A stretch of DNA of 64,000 nucleotides from a virus (IMGVR_UViG_2915177872_000003:4584-68583), one strand, 5' to 3'; counted from the first letter of the stretch, positions 37,514 to 46,469 are shown. The notes: generated from the sequence alone by a model not told the origin. Translations and numbers: made by a program.

Positions 37514-38743
37514 TCAAAGCTCAGTCTCCGAAAAGAGGCGAGGTTGAACCGCACCGTTCGCATAAACGGTATCCATGACGGTAGTGGCGATCGGTTCGTC
37601 GCCATCCCAGCCATCTGGCCAGGTTCCCAGTTCGATCAACTCGCGGATGCGCGCCTCTTCCTCTGTGTTGATCAGATCTACCATCGGGCGGCCAGCGGCG
37701 CGCGCGGCGACATTCACTTCATCTTGTATGTCCAGAATCGTCGTGAGGCCCATGCGGCGCGCCTCGAAAGTCAGCGGCCCCATACGCTGCGGATTGGCCG
37801 CCGCTTTCCCACTTTTCAGGATCTCAAGGCCGGCCTTGCGCAGTCGATGCTTCGGCAACCGCAGTTCGCGCCAGAGTGGCTTGATGCGCTTCAGCGGCGC
37901 CAAGTAGGCCCACTGCGGGTTCAACAGGATGTTGTCCAGCGCCATATCGGAGTCAACCAGCGGGCAGCCGGTACAGCCGGTGCGCGCGTTGATCTCTTCC
38001 GCCTCGTCGCCGCCATAGGCCTCCGCGATCGCGGCCGTGCTCCAGTCGCCAAACTCGGCACCGGGCGCCCAGTGCCGCAACCACTCCCACACGTGGCAAA
38101 CACGCCAGTGCAGCAGCGGCGCCAGCGTGGCCAACCGGCCGCGAAGACCCTTGGCCTCCGGCAGCACTTTCTGATACCAGCCCTGGCCGCACTCGGCGCC
38201 ATCCTTACTGCAACTCATCTCGATGCGCTGATCGCGGATTGCGCTCTCCCCTTGGCGCACGCCGGTGATCATCAGCACCTGGCCGTCAAGTTCGGAGATG
38301 CGCTGCTCCAGCGCGTGCTGCATCGGATCAATCTTGATCTGCCGCGTGCACCAGCGCAGAGTATTGTTGTTCGGCGGCGGGACGCCACGGCCCAGGATGT
38401 AGACCATGAAGCGCTTGTCTAATGGCGCGGTCACGACTTCAACCTGGATGCCGCGCTCGCGCAGCTCGTCGATGATCTGCTGAGCGGCATGTGCCAGCGG
38501 CAGCAGTTCCTGCCGCGTATCAGCGTAAAACACTGTCAGCGTTTGGGGACGCGGCACGCGGCCGGTATCCAGCAGCCAGATGATCAGCGTGAGCGTCGCG
38601 CTGCTGTCCTTGCCGCCGGACCAGGCGATGCCCCAGTGGTCGTGCGACGCGCCGTAGGCCAGCAGCGACTGAATCGTCATTTCGATGGAGTCGGTCATCT
38701 GCAGGCGCTTGGCGCCAGCGGCGAAAATATCGGCTTGGTTCAT
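37514..38743 (-). CDS. PAPS-reductase family protein, DndC-like
   Basis: PP-loop WSGGKDS, DTRQE, GVPPP..RWCTRQIKIDP, GVRQGES and RTGCTGCP motifs. Confidence 0.85.
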   Translation of the reverse strand: MNQADIFAAGAKRLQMTDSIEMTIQSLLAYGASHDHWGIAWSGGKDSSATLTLIIWLLDTGRVPRPQTLTVFYADTRQELLPLAHAAQQIIDELRERGIQVEVVTAPLDKRFMVYILGRGVPPPNNNTLRWCTRQIKIDPMQHALEQRISELDGQVLMITGVRQGESAIRDQRIEMSCSKDGAECGQGWYQKVLPEAKGLRGRLATLAPLLHWRVCHVWEWLRHWAPGAEFGDWSTAAIAEAYGGDEAEEINARTGCTGCPLVDSDMALDNILLNPQWAYLAPLKRIKPLWRELRLPKHRLRKAGLEILKSGKAAANPQRMGPLTFEARRMGLTTILDIQDEVNVAARAAGRPMVDLINTEEEARIRELIELGTWPDGWDGDEPIATTVMDTVYANGAVQPRLFSETEL

Positions 38744-38778
38744 GCTACGATTCCGTTCTCGATCTTCAGGAGGTAAGC

Positions 38779-39057
38779 ATGGCTTGTGCAATGCGGACTT
38801 ATCACGCTGGTTGGGTAATCTCCACGGCCTGCTGGGAAGAGAATCCACCTGGTTGGCAACCTGGAGACGCGCCGCACTACTGCGCGAGCGGCAAAGCCCA
38901 ACTCGTTGATCCGGACGCGTACAGCGGCACGTGGTTGTCGAAGGCCGACATCATTGCGCCTGCGGATAAAAACAATCTGTTCACGGACTCGAATCTCGCC
39001 CAGGCGACCATCGCGAAGGCGCTTCGCGAGATGATCGAGGCGTTGAAGGTGCCGTGA
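38779..39057 (+). CDS. Small counter-oriented hypothetical protein
   Basis: AGGAGG RBS; resembles 36916..37173. Confidence 0.7.
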   Translation: MACAMRTYHAGWVISTACWEENPPGWQPGDAPHYCASGKAQLVDPDAYSGTWLSKADIIAPADKNNLFTDSNLAQATIAKALREMIEALKVP

Positions 39058-39101
39058 TCGCCGCATAGCCATGGCGGCGCCGACAGTCTCGACGGCGGCC
39101 G

Positions 39102-39539
39102 TCATGGCTTTCCTCCTAGCGACAGCGCCACGCGTGCGCGCTTCGCGTCCAGGCCCGCGACGCGGCAACCGACGTCGGTGGCATGGAAGTACTGCAACTG
39201 CAGCAGAGGCTGGCCAGCGCGCGCAAAGCCGGCTTCGACCAGGCGCGCCAGTGCGGCTGCATCGCGGCGGTTCACCAAGTATTCGTTGCGGAAGCCCCAG
39301 CGCGCCTTCGGATGGTGCGGCGTGGCGCCCAGCATGTGGCGCAGGATGTCGAGATCACCCTCGTGTAGCGTTGCGACGCGGTCGGCCAGCAGGCAGCCGT
39401 GGCACTTCTTATGCTGCACCAGCACTTTGGCCGGCGCCGCCTTGCCGCAGGCGCAGCGCTTCGGCTGGAGAACCGGGCCCGGCTTTTCGTTGGCGATAGC
39501 GCGGTGTTGCCGCTCCGCGCGAGAGAGATCATAAATCAT
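39102..39539 (-). CDS. Hypothetical phage protein (CxC/CxxC)
   Basis: 145 aa within the early operon. Confidence 0.6.
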   Translation of the reverse strand: MIYDLSRAERQHRAIANEKPGPVLQPKRCACGKAAPAKVLVQHKKCHGCLLADRVATLHEGDLDILRHMLGATPHHPKARWGFRNEYLVNRRDAAALARLVEAGFARAGQPLLQLQYFHATDVGCRVAGLDAKRARVALSLGGKP

Positions 39540-39576
39540 GATATTATCTTTCTAGAAACTTTATTTAAGGACTTCC

Positions 39577-39789
39577 ATGACGATCGAACCAAAACCACTG
39601 ACCGGCGGACAAGAATCCCTATTGGCCCGTGCTCACGCAACCACACTCGAACAAATCGACATCGCCAAGCAGATCGTCGAAGAGCAGTTCAAGTTTTCAA
39701 CCGGTGACGCCAGAAATTCTGCGGTCATTGCTCTTACGGATGTACTGGCAACCAACTACCTCGCCGCAGTCACTCGCTCCGCAGGTTAA
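39577..39789 (+). CDS. Small counter-oriented hypothetical protein
   Basis: AAGGA RBS, 70 aa. Confidence 0.6.
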   Translation: MTIEPKPLTGGQESLLARAHATTLEQIDIAKQIVEEQFKFSTGDARNSAVIALTDVLATNYLAAVTRSAG

Positions 39790-39809
39790 GCGGGCTAATA
39801 CAATCGGAA

Positions 39810-40352
39810 TCACGCAGCCACCATCCCAATCTCACGCTCGTGCGCGAAGTTCGACATCGCGTTCCGGTGGTGCGCCCGCACTTCTGCCGCCAGTCCTGAA
39901 TCGCCTGTCGCAAGCAGGCCGGCGGCAACCACACGCTCCAATCCCTCGTTCAGAGCGTAGCGACCGAGGTCACGCAGCTGCACGTTCACGGCCAGCTTCT
40001 TGTGGATCGGGTAGTCTTCCATCCAGCAGCCATACTCCGGTGCCGCGTAGATGCGCACGGCCGCGCGGTCGCCGTCGATCGACTCGACCACACCCGGGAG
40101 CATCTGCGTGTATTTTTGCGTACTGTCCTGGACCTCTGCCCACAGCGGCATGCTCGTGACCATACCGACCTGCCAGTAGGCACGCGCCTCTGCGGCCTCC
40201 TCTGCATCGCGGGCCTCCCAGTACGCTTTCAGGCGGCGATTTTCCGCTTCCTGCGCCTGGCGGACAGCGGCCGGAGAAACCGAGCGCTTTCGACGCGCCG
40301 GCCCAACGGCCTGCGGCGCGTCAAAGTCAAAACACAGCTGCGCGGCGCTCAT
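39810..40352 (-). CDS. Hypothetical phage protein
   Basis: ATGA-coupled to the methylase stop. Confidence 0.6.
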   Translation of the reverse strand: MSAAQLCFDFDAPQAVGPARRKRSVSPAAVRQAQEAENRRLKAYWEARDAEEAAEARAYWQVGMVTSMPLWAEVQDSTQKYTQMLPGVVESIDGDRAAVRIYAAPEYGCWMEDYPIHKKLAVNVQLRDLGRYALNEGLERVVAAGLLATGDSGLAAEVRAHHRNAMSNFAHEREIGMVAA

Positions 40353-42244
40353 AACGTCGATCCCTGCGAGGAAGCGATCGCGATGGCCACCGGCTGCACC
40401 CAGATCGGCATCGCGCTGAGCGTGAACGTCTCGCCGGCGGCGGCCAGCAGCAGCGTCGTGCCCATCACTTCGCCGATCGCCTGCGCGGCCAGCTTCGGCA
40501 CGGCGTTGCCGATCCTCTCGCGGTGAGCGCTGTCGTTGGTGCCGTCCAGCATCGGAAATGCGCTGGCGCCGGTCCGGCGTTTATGTTCGTCGATTTCGCG
40601 CTGAGTCTGCGCATCCGCCGACCAGTGCTCGCTCGGATCAATCAGCGACTGCAGCGCGGCCAGCTCCAGTGTCGTGAACGGACGATGCCAAGTGCCATCC
40701 AGCGCGCGGATGATCGCCACCGTCTTCTCGTTCTGCGCCGGCAGCGCAGGCACCGCATCGATGCGAGGGTCTGCTACGGACCAGCGACCATTGTCGTAGC
40801 CGGCCGACGCGCTGACGGCGCCGCTCTGGCCATACCACGGAAGCACGCCGTAATGGCCGCCGGTCAGGTAGGCATCCCCCTTCACACGGCTGTTGATGCC
40901 GCTGCGCGGGTCAGCCACCGCGAAAGCGCCTTGCCCCGTCGTGCTGCCGGCGATGACCGTGCCGGCAGCGTCCTCGAACGGCGTCACCAGGTATTTGCCA
41001 GCGCCTTCAAAGCCCGTGCTTGACCGTGGATCGGCCACTGCGTACGCGCCCTGGTCGTCGCCGCCGATGACCGTACCAGTGCGCTTATCCCAGCGCGTCA
41101 CCGCGTATTTGCTGAACAGCGGCCCGGCCGGCGGGCGCGGATCTGCAACAGAATACTTACCCCCACCTGGCGCCGACTGGGCGCTGATCACACCGCTCGT
41201 GTCCATCCACGGCATCACCCCGTATTGGCTGTATTCGGCCTGGGTATCCATGCGCGGATCGGCCACCGAGTAAGCACCGGTGGTCGGCGTGCCGCGCCCG
41301 GACACAGCACCGGTGTGGTGATTCCAGGCGTTAACGCCGAGGTAGTCGTGACTGCGCTCGGGAAGAATCAGGTATTCGCTCAGGTGACCATCTTCCACCG
41401 CCAGGCGATTCAGGCTGCGCCAGTCGCTGCCAGCTTCAACGAAGGCAAGACGCACCCACGTCTTCCACTGCAAGCGCGGAATGCGGTGCATCGGGCCGCC
41501 GGCCTCATCGCCAGGGAATGGCATGCGGCCAAGCACCTCGCCGACAGCGCGCAGGCGCTTTTTTTCCGGCTCGTACAGGAATGGTGGCACCTTCTCCATG
41601 TGGCGCGCCACCAGCAAGAAGCGCTTGCGGCTTTGCGCCAGACCGCCGATCTCGCCGCAGTCGTGCGTCGTCTCGGCCACGGCGTAGCCGAACTGCTGGA
41701 GCAGCTGGTTGATCTGGTCTAGCAGGCGCCGGCCACGCGTGGCGAGACGAGGCACGTTCTCGAACACGATCAGGTCCACCGGGTTGTCAGCCCAAGCTTC
41801 CACCATCAGCCAGATGCAGCGCAGCGTCAGCTCGTTGAGTGCCTGGTACTTCGCTGTCTTGCTCAGCGACTCGCTCAGCAAGCCGCTGGCGCCCTTGCAT
41901 GGCGAACTGATGAAAACGATGTTGGGCGACTCGTTGCCGGCGGCACGGCGGATGTCAGCGGCACCAACCTCTCGCCAACCGGTCGGCGGTTCCTTGCCAT
42001 GAAACGCTGTGTACTGCGCGCGCGTGAACAGGTCCATTACGGTGCCTGGCCGGCCTGGGCCGGCGTTATCGAAGTCGCGGATCGCGGCTGGATCGACGTC
42101 GATGCCGCCAATGCAGCGCAAAGTGGCCGCCATGTTGCCTACCTGCGGCTGGGCCGCGTTGAAGCCCTGCTTACCACCGCCAAGGCCACAGCAGAAGTGG
42201 AAATGGGTGAATTCCTTCGTGTGGACAATCAGATCGCGCTTCAT
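40349..42244 (-). CDS. C5-cytosine DNA methyltransferase with five internal repeats
   Basis: Motif I FCCGLGG, IV SPC, VI ENV, VIII QSRKRF, X IGNAVP; start MKRD overlaps the upstream stop. Confidence 0.9.
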   Translation of the reverse strand: MKRDLIVHTKEFTHFHFCCGLGGGKQGFNAAQPQVGNMAATLRCIGGIDVDPAAIRDFDNAGPGRPGTVMDLFTRAQYTAFHGKEPPTGWREVGAADIRRAAGNESPNIVFISSPCKGASGLLSESLSKTAKYQALNELTLRCIWLMVEAWADNPVDLIVFENVPRLATRGRRLLDQINQLLQQFGYAVAETTHDCGEIGGLAQSRKRFLLVARHMEKVPPFLYEPEKKRLRAVGEVLGRMPFPGDEAGGPMHRIPRLQWKTWVRLAFVEAGSDWRSLNRLAVEDGHLSEYLILPERSHDYLGVNAWNHHTGAVSGRGTPTTGAYSVADPRMDTQAEYSQYGVMPWMDTSGVISAQSAPGGGKYSVADPRPPAGPLFSKYAVTRWDKRTGTVIGGDDQGAYAVADPRSSTGFEGAGKYLVTPFEDAAGTVIAGSTTGQGAFAVADPRSGINSRVKGDAYLTGGHYGVLPWYGQSGAVSASAGYDNGRWSVADPRIDAVPALPAQNEKTVAIIRALDGTWHRPFTTLELAALQSLIDPSEHWSADAQTQREIDEHKRRTGASAFPMLDGTNDSAHRERIGNAVPKLAAQAIGEVMGTTLLLAAAGETFTLSAMPIWVQPVAIAIASSQGSTL

Positions 42245-42573
42245 GCCCGTGCTCCCGCTGCGCGGCGCGCAATGGTGACCGACATCGGATGCGGCTTGCC
42301 GCGGTACGCCGGGCCGGCGACCTGTCCGACGTACGGCGTGGGCGGCGCGATGGCTGCGCGCGCCGCGATGGTGATGTGATAGGTCAGGTCGACCAGGTAT
42401 GCATGACCAGCGTCCACCAAGTCGTGGAAGTGCTCGCGACACACCTTCTCGACCTTGTCGTCCTCGATGTCGAATTCGAGCTTTTCACAGATTTGGTAGA
42501 AGGTGCCGGGCCCAGCGACGAGCTGGCGCAGCATCGCGTGTGCGAGGCTGGTCGAGTGCGGGAGCTTCCTCAT
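42241..42573 (-). CDS. Hypothetical (winged-helix-like) protein
   Basis: Coupled 110-aa ORF. Confidence 0.55.
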   Translation of the reverse strand: MRKLPHSTSLAHAMLRQLVAGPGTFYQICEKLEFDIEDDKVEKVCREHFHDLVDAGHAYLVDLTYHITIAARAAIAPPTPYVGQVAGPAYRGKPHPMSVTIARRAAGARA

Positions 42574-42776
42574 GGCTGGCCAGCCTTTCCGTCAGTCAGA
42601 TCGACCGTCATGCGCAGCTTGCGGCGCGCGCGGTACTCCGCAGCGCTGGTAGTGGCGTTCTTTTCAGCGATGTGCTCACGGTCTTTTTCGCGCCATTCGC
42701 GGGCCGCGAGTGTGACTTTCTCCTCCGGCGTGCCAGTCTGTGCTGGCGCCGGTCCTTGCTGTAAAATGGCTGGCAT
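42570..42776 (-). CDS. Small hypothetical protein
   Basis: GAGGA RBS before MPAILQQ. Confidence 0.55.
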   Translation of the reverse strand: MPAILQQGPAPAQTGTPEEKVTLAAREWREKDREHIAEKNATTSAAEYRARRKLRMTVDLTDGKAGQP

Positions 42777-42952
42777 GTAATTCCTCTTGTAGGTGATCGG
42801 GCCGCGCTGCAACGCGGCCTTTTCTATTTCTGCTGTTGAGCGGCGGCTTCGCGCGCCAGGCGCTCGTAATGCTCCCGAGCCATCACATGGCCCGGCTCAG
42901 TCGGCAGCGGCTCGGCGCCCTGCTCTTTTTTCTGGTGTTGCTGGGTCATCGA

Positions 42953-43192
42953 TTACTGTGCCTTCCCGGCCAGACCGGCACGGATGTCAGCCACGGCGAA
43001 GTTGAATTTCTCGTGCGCCTTCAGGATCATGCTGTCGCCGAACGGCAGCTTGCGGTGGCGGATCTTGCTGATCACGGGTGGCGCCACTTCGAAAGCACGC
43101 GCCAGCTCCGCATCATTCTTCAGTTTCAGTTTGTCGATCAGGGTGTCCAGCAGCGCTGGCGCACCAGGTTGTGCTTGTGCAGTCAATGACAT
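42953..43192 (-). CDS. Small HTH protein
   Basis: LKNDAELARAFEVAPPVISKIRH helix-turn-helix; GGAG RBS. Confidence 0.75.
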   Translation of the reverse strand: MSLTAQAQPGAPALLDTLIDKLKLKNDAELARAFEVAPPVISKIRHRKLPFGDSMILKAHEKFNFAVADIRAGLAGKAQ

Positions 43193-43258
43193 GCAGTTCT
43201 CCATCTTTTATGTCGCCGCACGCATCGGGGCGCGGCATCCCGTTACCGCTCGTTGAGT

Positions 43259-44035
43259 TCAGGGCACCTTGATTCCACATGCCTTCAAAATCGCCGCCTT
43301 TGCGTGGGCAGCACCGCCGCCGCGTGCGCCAGCAGCTGTCTGCAGCGCGCTGGCAATGTCCATCACCTGCCTTGCCGTCGCCTTGCGTTTGCGCAGCTTT
43401 GCGGCAATCAACTCCATATCGTGAGCGCCAACCGCAAGATCAAACATGCCGCGCAGCACCACGCCAGACCAAGCGCAGTCGTCTTCCTTCCACGCCGAAG
43501 CGATGCAGTCCATTGCGCGCTTCAACGCCGCGGGATTCGCGTTTGAATACGAGGTAATGGCGCCAATCGCATTGGTGAACCCCTTACGGAGGCCGCCGGT
43601 GCTGACCGCTATACCATATGTATTCATGATGGACTGTGCAGCGAGCGCGACAGGATCTCTGGCGACGAGCGCAGCGTCATGTCGTTGTTTGGACGTGGCG
43701 TTCTTTTTGCCTTTGCCATTCCCAATTAAAAAACACTTGGCCTCGCTTTCGCGGGAACCATGCACCACCATCGCTTGGATATGCGTGTAGCCCAGTTGAC
43801 CGGCCATATGCACGGTGTGTTGTCCGTCGGTGATCATCATCCGGCCATCGGGGCGCACGGAGACGTTGATCGCCTTCATCGCGCCTGGCTCGAAGTTCTT
43901 TGCGTAGCTATTGGCGCGGATCACGTCCAGTGCGCGCTGATAACCGCCGCTTCCTGAATCAACGTACAGATCGGCGATTGCGACGAGGCGCATCTCGATA
44001 TCGGGAGCATTCTTTACGGCGAGGTGCTGTTGCAT
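43259..44035 (-). CDS. ParB/DUF6551-like protein (DGQH motif)
   Basis: YQR, INVSVRPDG..MITDGQHTV. Confidence 0.7.
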   Translation of the reverse strand: MQQHLAVKNAPDIEMRLVAIADLYVDSGSGGYQRALDVIRANSYAKNFEPGAMKAINVSVRPDGRMMITDGQHTVHMAGQLGYTHIQAMVVHGSRESEAKCFLIGNGKGKKNATSKQRHDAALVARDPVALAAQSIMNTYGIAVSTGGLRKGFTNAIGAITSYSNANPAALKRAMDCIASAWKEDDCAWSGVVLRGMFDLAVGAHDMELIAAKLRKRKATARQVMDIASALQTAAGARGGGAAHAKAAILKACGIKVP

Positions 44036-44121
44036 GGTGGTTCTGCTCTCCTATGGGTTTACAAGAGGATTCACGGTGGCTCCTTTGCATTGGTGGCGTA
44101 GGCAACTGGCTGGCCGAGGAT

Positions 44122-44394
44122 TCACATGCGCATGTGGTGGCGCGGCATGCTGAAGTTCGTCCTGCCCGGCAGCACCATGGCAATGTTCTGGCCACCGACT
44201 GGCCATTCCATGCGCGAGCGTGGCGGCTTATCATTCTTGTGCTGCTCCACCCAACCACGCGCCAAGTCGCGCAGCTTGCGGCTTTGCGGCACATCAGCGG
44301 CGGCGCAGGCCTGGTTGAAATCGCGGTATTCGTCCTCGTTGAAAAGCACTTTCGCAACGAGGATGCGAGGTTTGGGCATCTGGGTATGGTTCAT
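44122..44394 (-). CDS. Small ribbon-helix-helix-like regulator
   Basis: LVAKVLFNEDEYRDF..AC...VPQSRKLRDLA pattern. Confidence 0.5.
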   Translation of the reverse strand: MNHTQMPKPRILVAKVLFNEDEYRDFNQACAAADVPQSRKLRDLARGWVEQHKNDKPPRSRMEWPVGGQNIAMVLPGRTNFSMPRHHMRM

Positions 44395-44473
44395 GATGTT
44401 TTCCTATAAAAGTGATTCAGGCTTTCGGGTGATGCTGATGATTCAGGTGTTGCAAACTTGGCGGCCGGCGCCG

Positions 44474-44788
44474 TCAGTCAGGCAGGCCGCAAGCAGCGGC
44501 GCCGGTGGCTGGCGCGGCGCAAAGAGCGAAGCGATCGCCCTGCTTCGCCAGCACTTCCAGCAGCGTGTTTTGCTTGCGCAGCTCGGCGAGGATCAGGGTC
44601 GGCGTTTCGTCAGCTACCAACTCGACGCTAGCCATCTCGCCAACCACCGGCGCCGGGCCGCGCACCGCGTCGGCGAACGCCAGCAGCACGGTCGCGGCGG
44701 CGCTGGCGACAGCAGCCGGATCAGCGTTGTCGGCGTCCAGGTTGAATGCGGCAAGCAGCGCGGCGGTGATGGTTTGATGATTGCTCAT
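44474..44788 (-). CDS. Hypothetical protein
   Basis: AAAGG RBS, 104 aa. Confidence 0.55.
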   Translation of the reverse strand: MSNHQTITAALLAAFNLDADNADPAAVASAAATVLLAFADAVRGPAPVVGEMASVELVADETPTLILAELRKQNTLLEVLAKQGDRFALCAAPATGAAACGLPD

Positions 44789-44871
44789 GACTACCTTTCA
44801 AAAATTCAGGCGGCAGATTCCAATGCGTTACAGTTGCAGTTCTCACACAACAACTTGCAAAGGGATCTCCC

Positions 44872-45141
44872 ATGGACGATTTGCAAAAAATTCATGTGGC
44901 CTTAACAGCACAGCGCCTAATTCTTCAACACCTATTCACCCGTTTCTACGAGCACGACCCGGATGCGGAGCGCCAAGCTGCAGCGGCATTTCTTCAGGAC
45001 GCAGAGTCAGCGACGGTGCAAACCGAGGCCCTCACATCCCTTCCGACAGATCAGGTTCGGGCGGCAGTGATAGCTCAGATGCAGATGTTCTTTTCGGACA
45101 TCGAGAGCTACATATCTTCTCGCTCCGACCTAGCCGGCTAG
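44872..45141 (+). CDS. Counter-oriented hypothetical moron
   Basis: AAGGGA RBS, 89 aa. Confidence 0.6.
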   Translation: MDDLQKIHVALTAQRLILQHLFTRFYEHDPDAERQAAAAFLQDAESATVQTEALTSLPTDQVRAAVIAQMQMFFSDIESYISSRSDLAG

Positions 45142-45434
45142 ATGCGAAGGCCGGCGCCGCTGGTCTCCCGCTTTGCCGTCGCTCCGCCGGAACCGGTGCT
45201 CGGCGACTGATTCCGCATCGCCGCCTGGATGTTCCAGAGCTTCGCCAATGCGGCTTCGGCTGCAAGCGCCGCCGGCGTCACCTGCTCCAGCAGCACCAAG
45301 GTCTTGCGCACCTGGCTGTCATCAACTTCGATCTTCAGCGGGATGCTGCCGGGCTTTGCCAGCGCGTCCAGTGCGGCGGCCGGCACATACCCGAGCTTCG
45401 CCATGAAGGTGTCCAGGTGCTTACGGATGTTCAT
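45138..45434 (-). CDS. Hypothetical protein downstream of cro
   Basis: GGAG RBS, 98 aa. Confidence 0.6.
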   Translation of the reverse strand: MNIRKHLDTFMAKLGYVPAAALDALAKPGSIPLKIEVDDSQVRKTLVLLEQVTPAALAAEAALAKLWNIQAAMRNQSPSTGSGGATAKRETSGAGLRI

Positions 45435-45648
45435 GGGGTTCTCCGGTAGCGGCGGGGCCGTAAATATCTTCGAAGTTCAGGACGTGCCCGCGAGTCGAGG
45501 CAAACGCAATTAGCCGCTTTGCCGCGTCAGGTGGCACTGACTGTCCTCGCTCGTAGTGCGAAATGTTTCCTTGGCTGACGTTCAGCGCCGTCGCGAGGAC
45601 CTGTTGGGTAACGCCGAGCCGAGCCCGGATTCGAGATATCGCATTCAT
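45421..45648 (-). CDS. cro: Cro-like HTH repressor
   Basis: LGVTQQVLATALNVSQGNISHYERG; divergent from cI. Confidence 0.85.
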   Translation of the reverse strand: MNAISRIRARLGVTQQVLATALNVSQGNISHYERGQSVPPDAAKRLIAFASTRGHVLNFEDIYGPAATGEPHEHP

Positions 45649-45653
45649 ACGAA

Positions 45654-45731
45654 CAATATTAGTCGGACTGCTAGCCAATGTCAACAGTCGGACTAATTGA
45701 AAGTTATTAGGCTTACTTATATTCTCGCAAT
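45654..45731. promoter_or_regulatory. Rightward operator region: pR-like, pRM-like and operators
   Basis: Minus strand TTGACA(45684-79)-17-TAATAT(45661-56); plus strand TTGAAA(45697)-17-TATTCT(45720); two AGTCGGACT-centred operators. Confidence 0.85.
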
Positions 45732-46469
45732 ATGCCAGCACAACCACTATCCCCCGAACAGTTAGCCGAAGCCGCCAATCTCAAAGACCTTTTCAAGGAA
45801 TGGCAGCGCTCGCGCAAAGAGTCCGGCCTACCCTCCTCCCAAGAGGCAGCGGCAGATCTACTGGGATTCGGGCAGAGTGCCCTTGCACAGTATTTGAATG
45901 GTCGAATTCCACTCAACGTGGATGCCGGCGCGAAGTTCGCAGTCCTACTGGGGGTTGGTCTCAGCGACTTCAGTCCCTCGTTGTCGGACCAGGCGCTACG
46001 GGTTGCAGGTGCAGTAGCGATCACAGACGATGACGACCACGCTCCGCCTTCGGTGGCAATTCAAATGGTGACGATTGAGGTGCAGGCCGGCATTGACCGT
46101 TTTGTGGCCGAGCCAATCGATGATGGCGGCAGCAAGCACCATGTGCCGCGCCAATGGCTTGAAGAGAACGACCTCTATCCTAACGCGCTGGTTGCGGTTA
46201 AGGTCAAAGGCGATAGCATGCAGCCGCTGATGTACGAAGGTGACATCGCGGTGGTGAACACGGCTGATAAGGTGCGCAAGAACGGTGGAGTGTTCGCGAT
46301 GAATTATGAGGGCCAAGCCGTCATAAAGCGCCTCCTCTACGAGCGGCGCGATTGGTTCCTGGCGTCCGACAATCCCGAATTCAAACCGGTGCCTTGTCGA
46401 GGCTCTGACTGCATCGTAATTGGCCGTGTAGTTCACTTCACACCAAAGAACTTCCGAGATCGCCTCTAA
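45732..46469 (+). CDS. cI: CI repressor (HTH + S24 peptidase)
   Basis: HTH QEAAADLLGFGQSALAQYL, Ala-Gly cleavage site VQAG, catalytic GDSM (Ser) and IKRL (Lys). Confidence 0.93.
   Translation: MPAQPLSPEQLAEAANLKDLFKEWQRSRKESGLPSSQEAAADLLGFGQSALAQYLNGRIPLNVDAGAKFAVLLGVGLSDFSPSLSDQALRVAGAVAITDDDDHAPPSVAIQMVTIEVQAGIDRFVAEPIDDGGSKHHVPRQWLEENDLYPNALVAVKVKGDSMQPLMYEGDIAVVNTADKVRKNGGVFAMNYEGQAVIKRLLYERRDWFLASDNPEFKPVPCRGSDCIVIGRVVHFTPKNFRDRL

Noticed and set aside
37514-44035. A complete Dnd phosphorothioation system (DndB + DndC)
   Set aside because: No DndA/D/E or Ssp partners are present, and the DGQH protein is 5 kb away and looks more DUF6551/ParB-like. Reported only as separate hypotheses.
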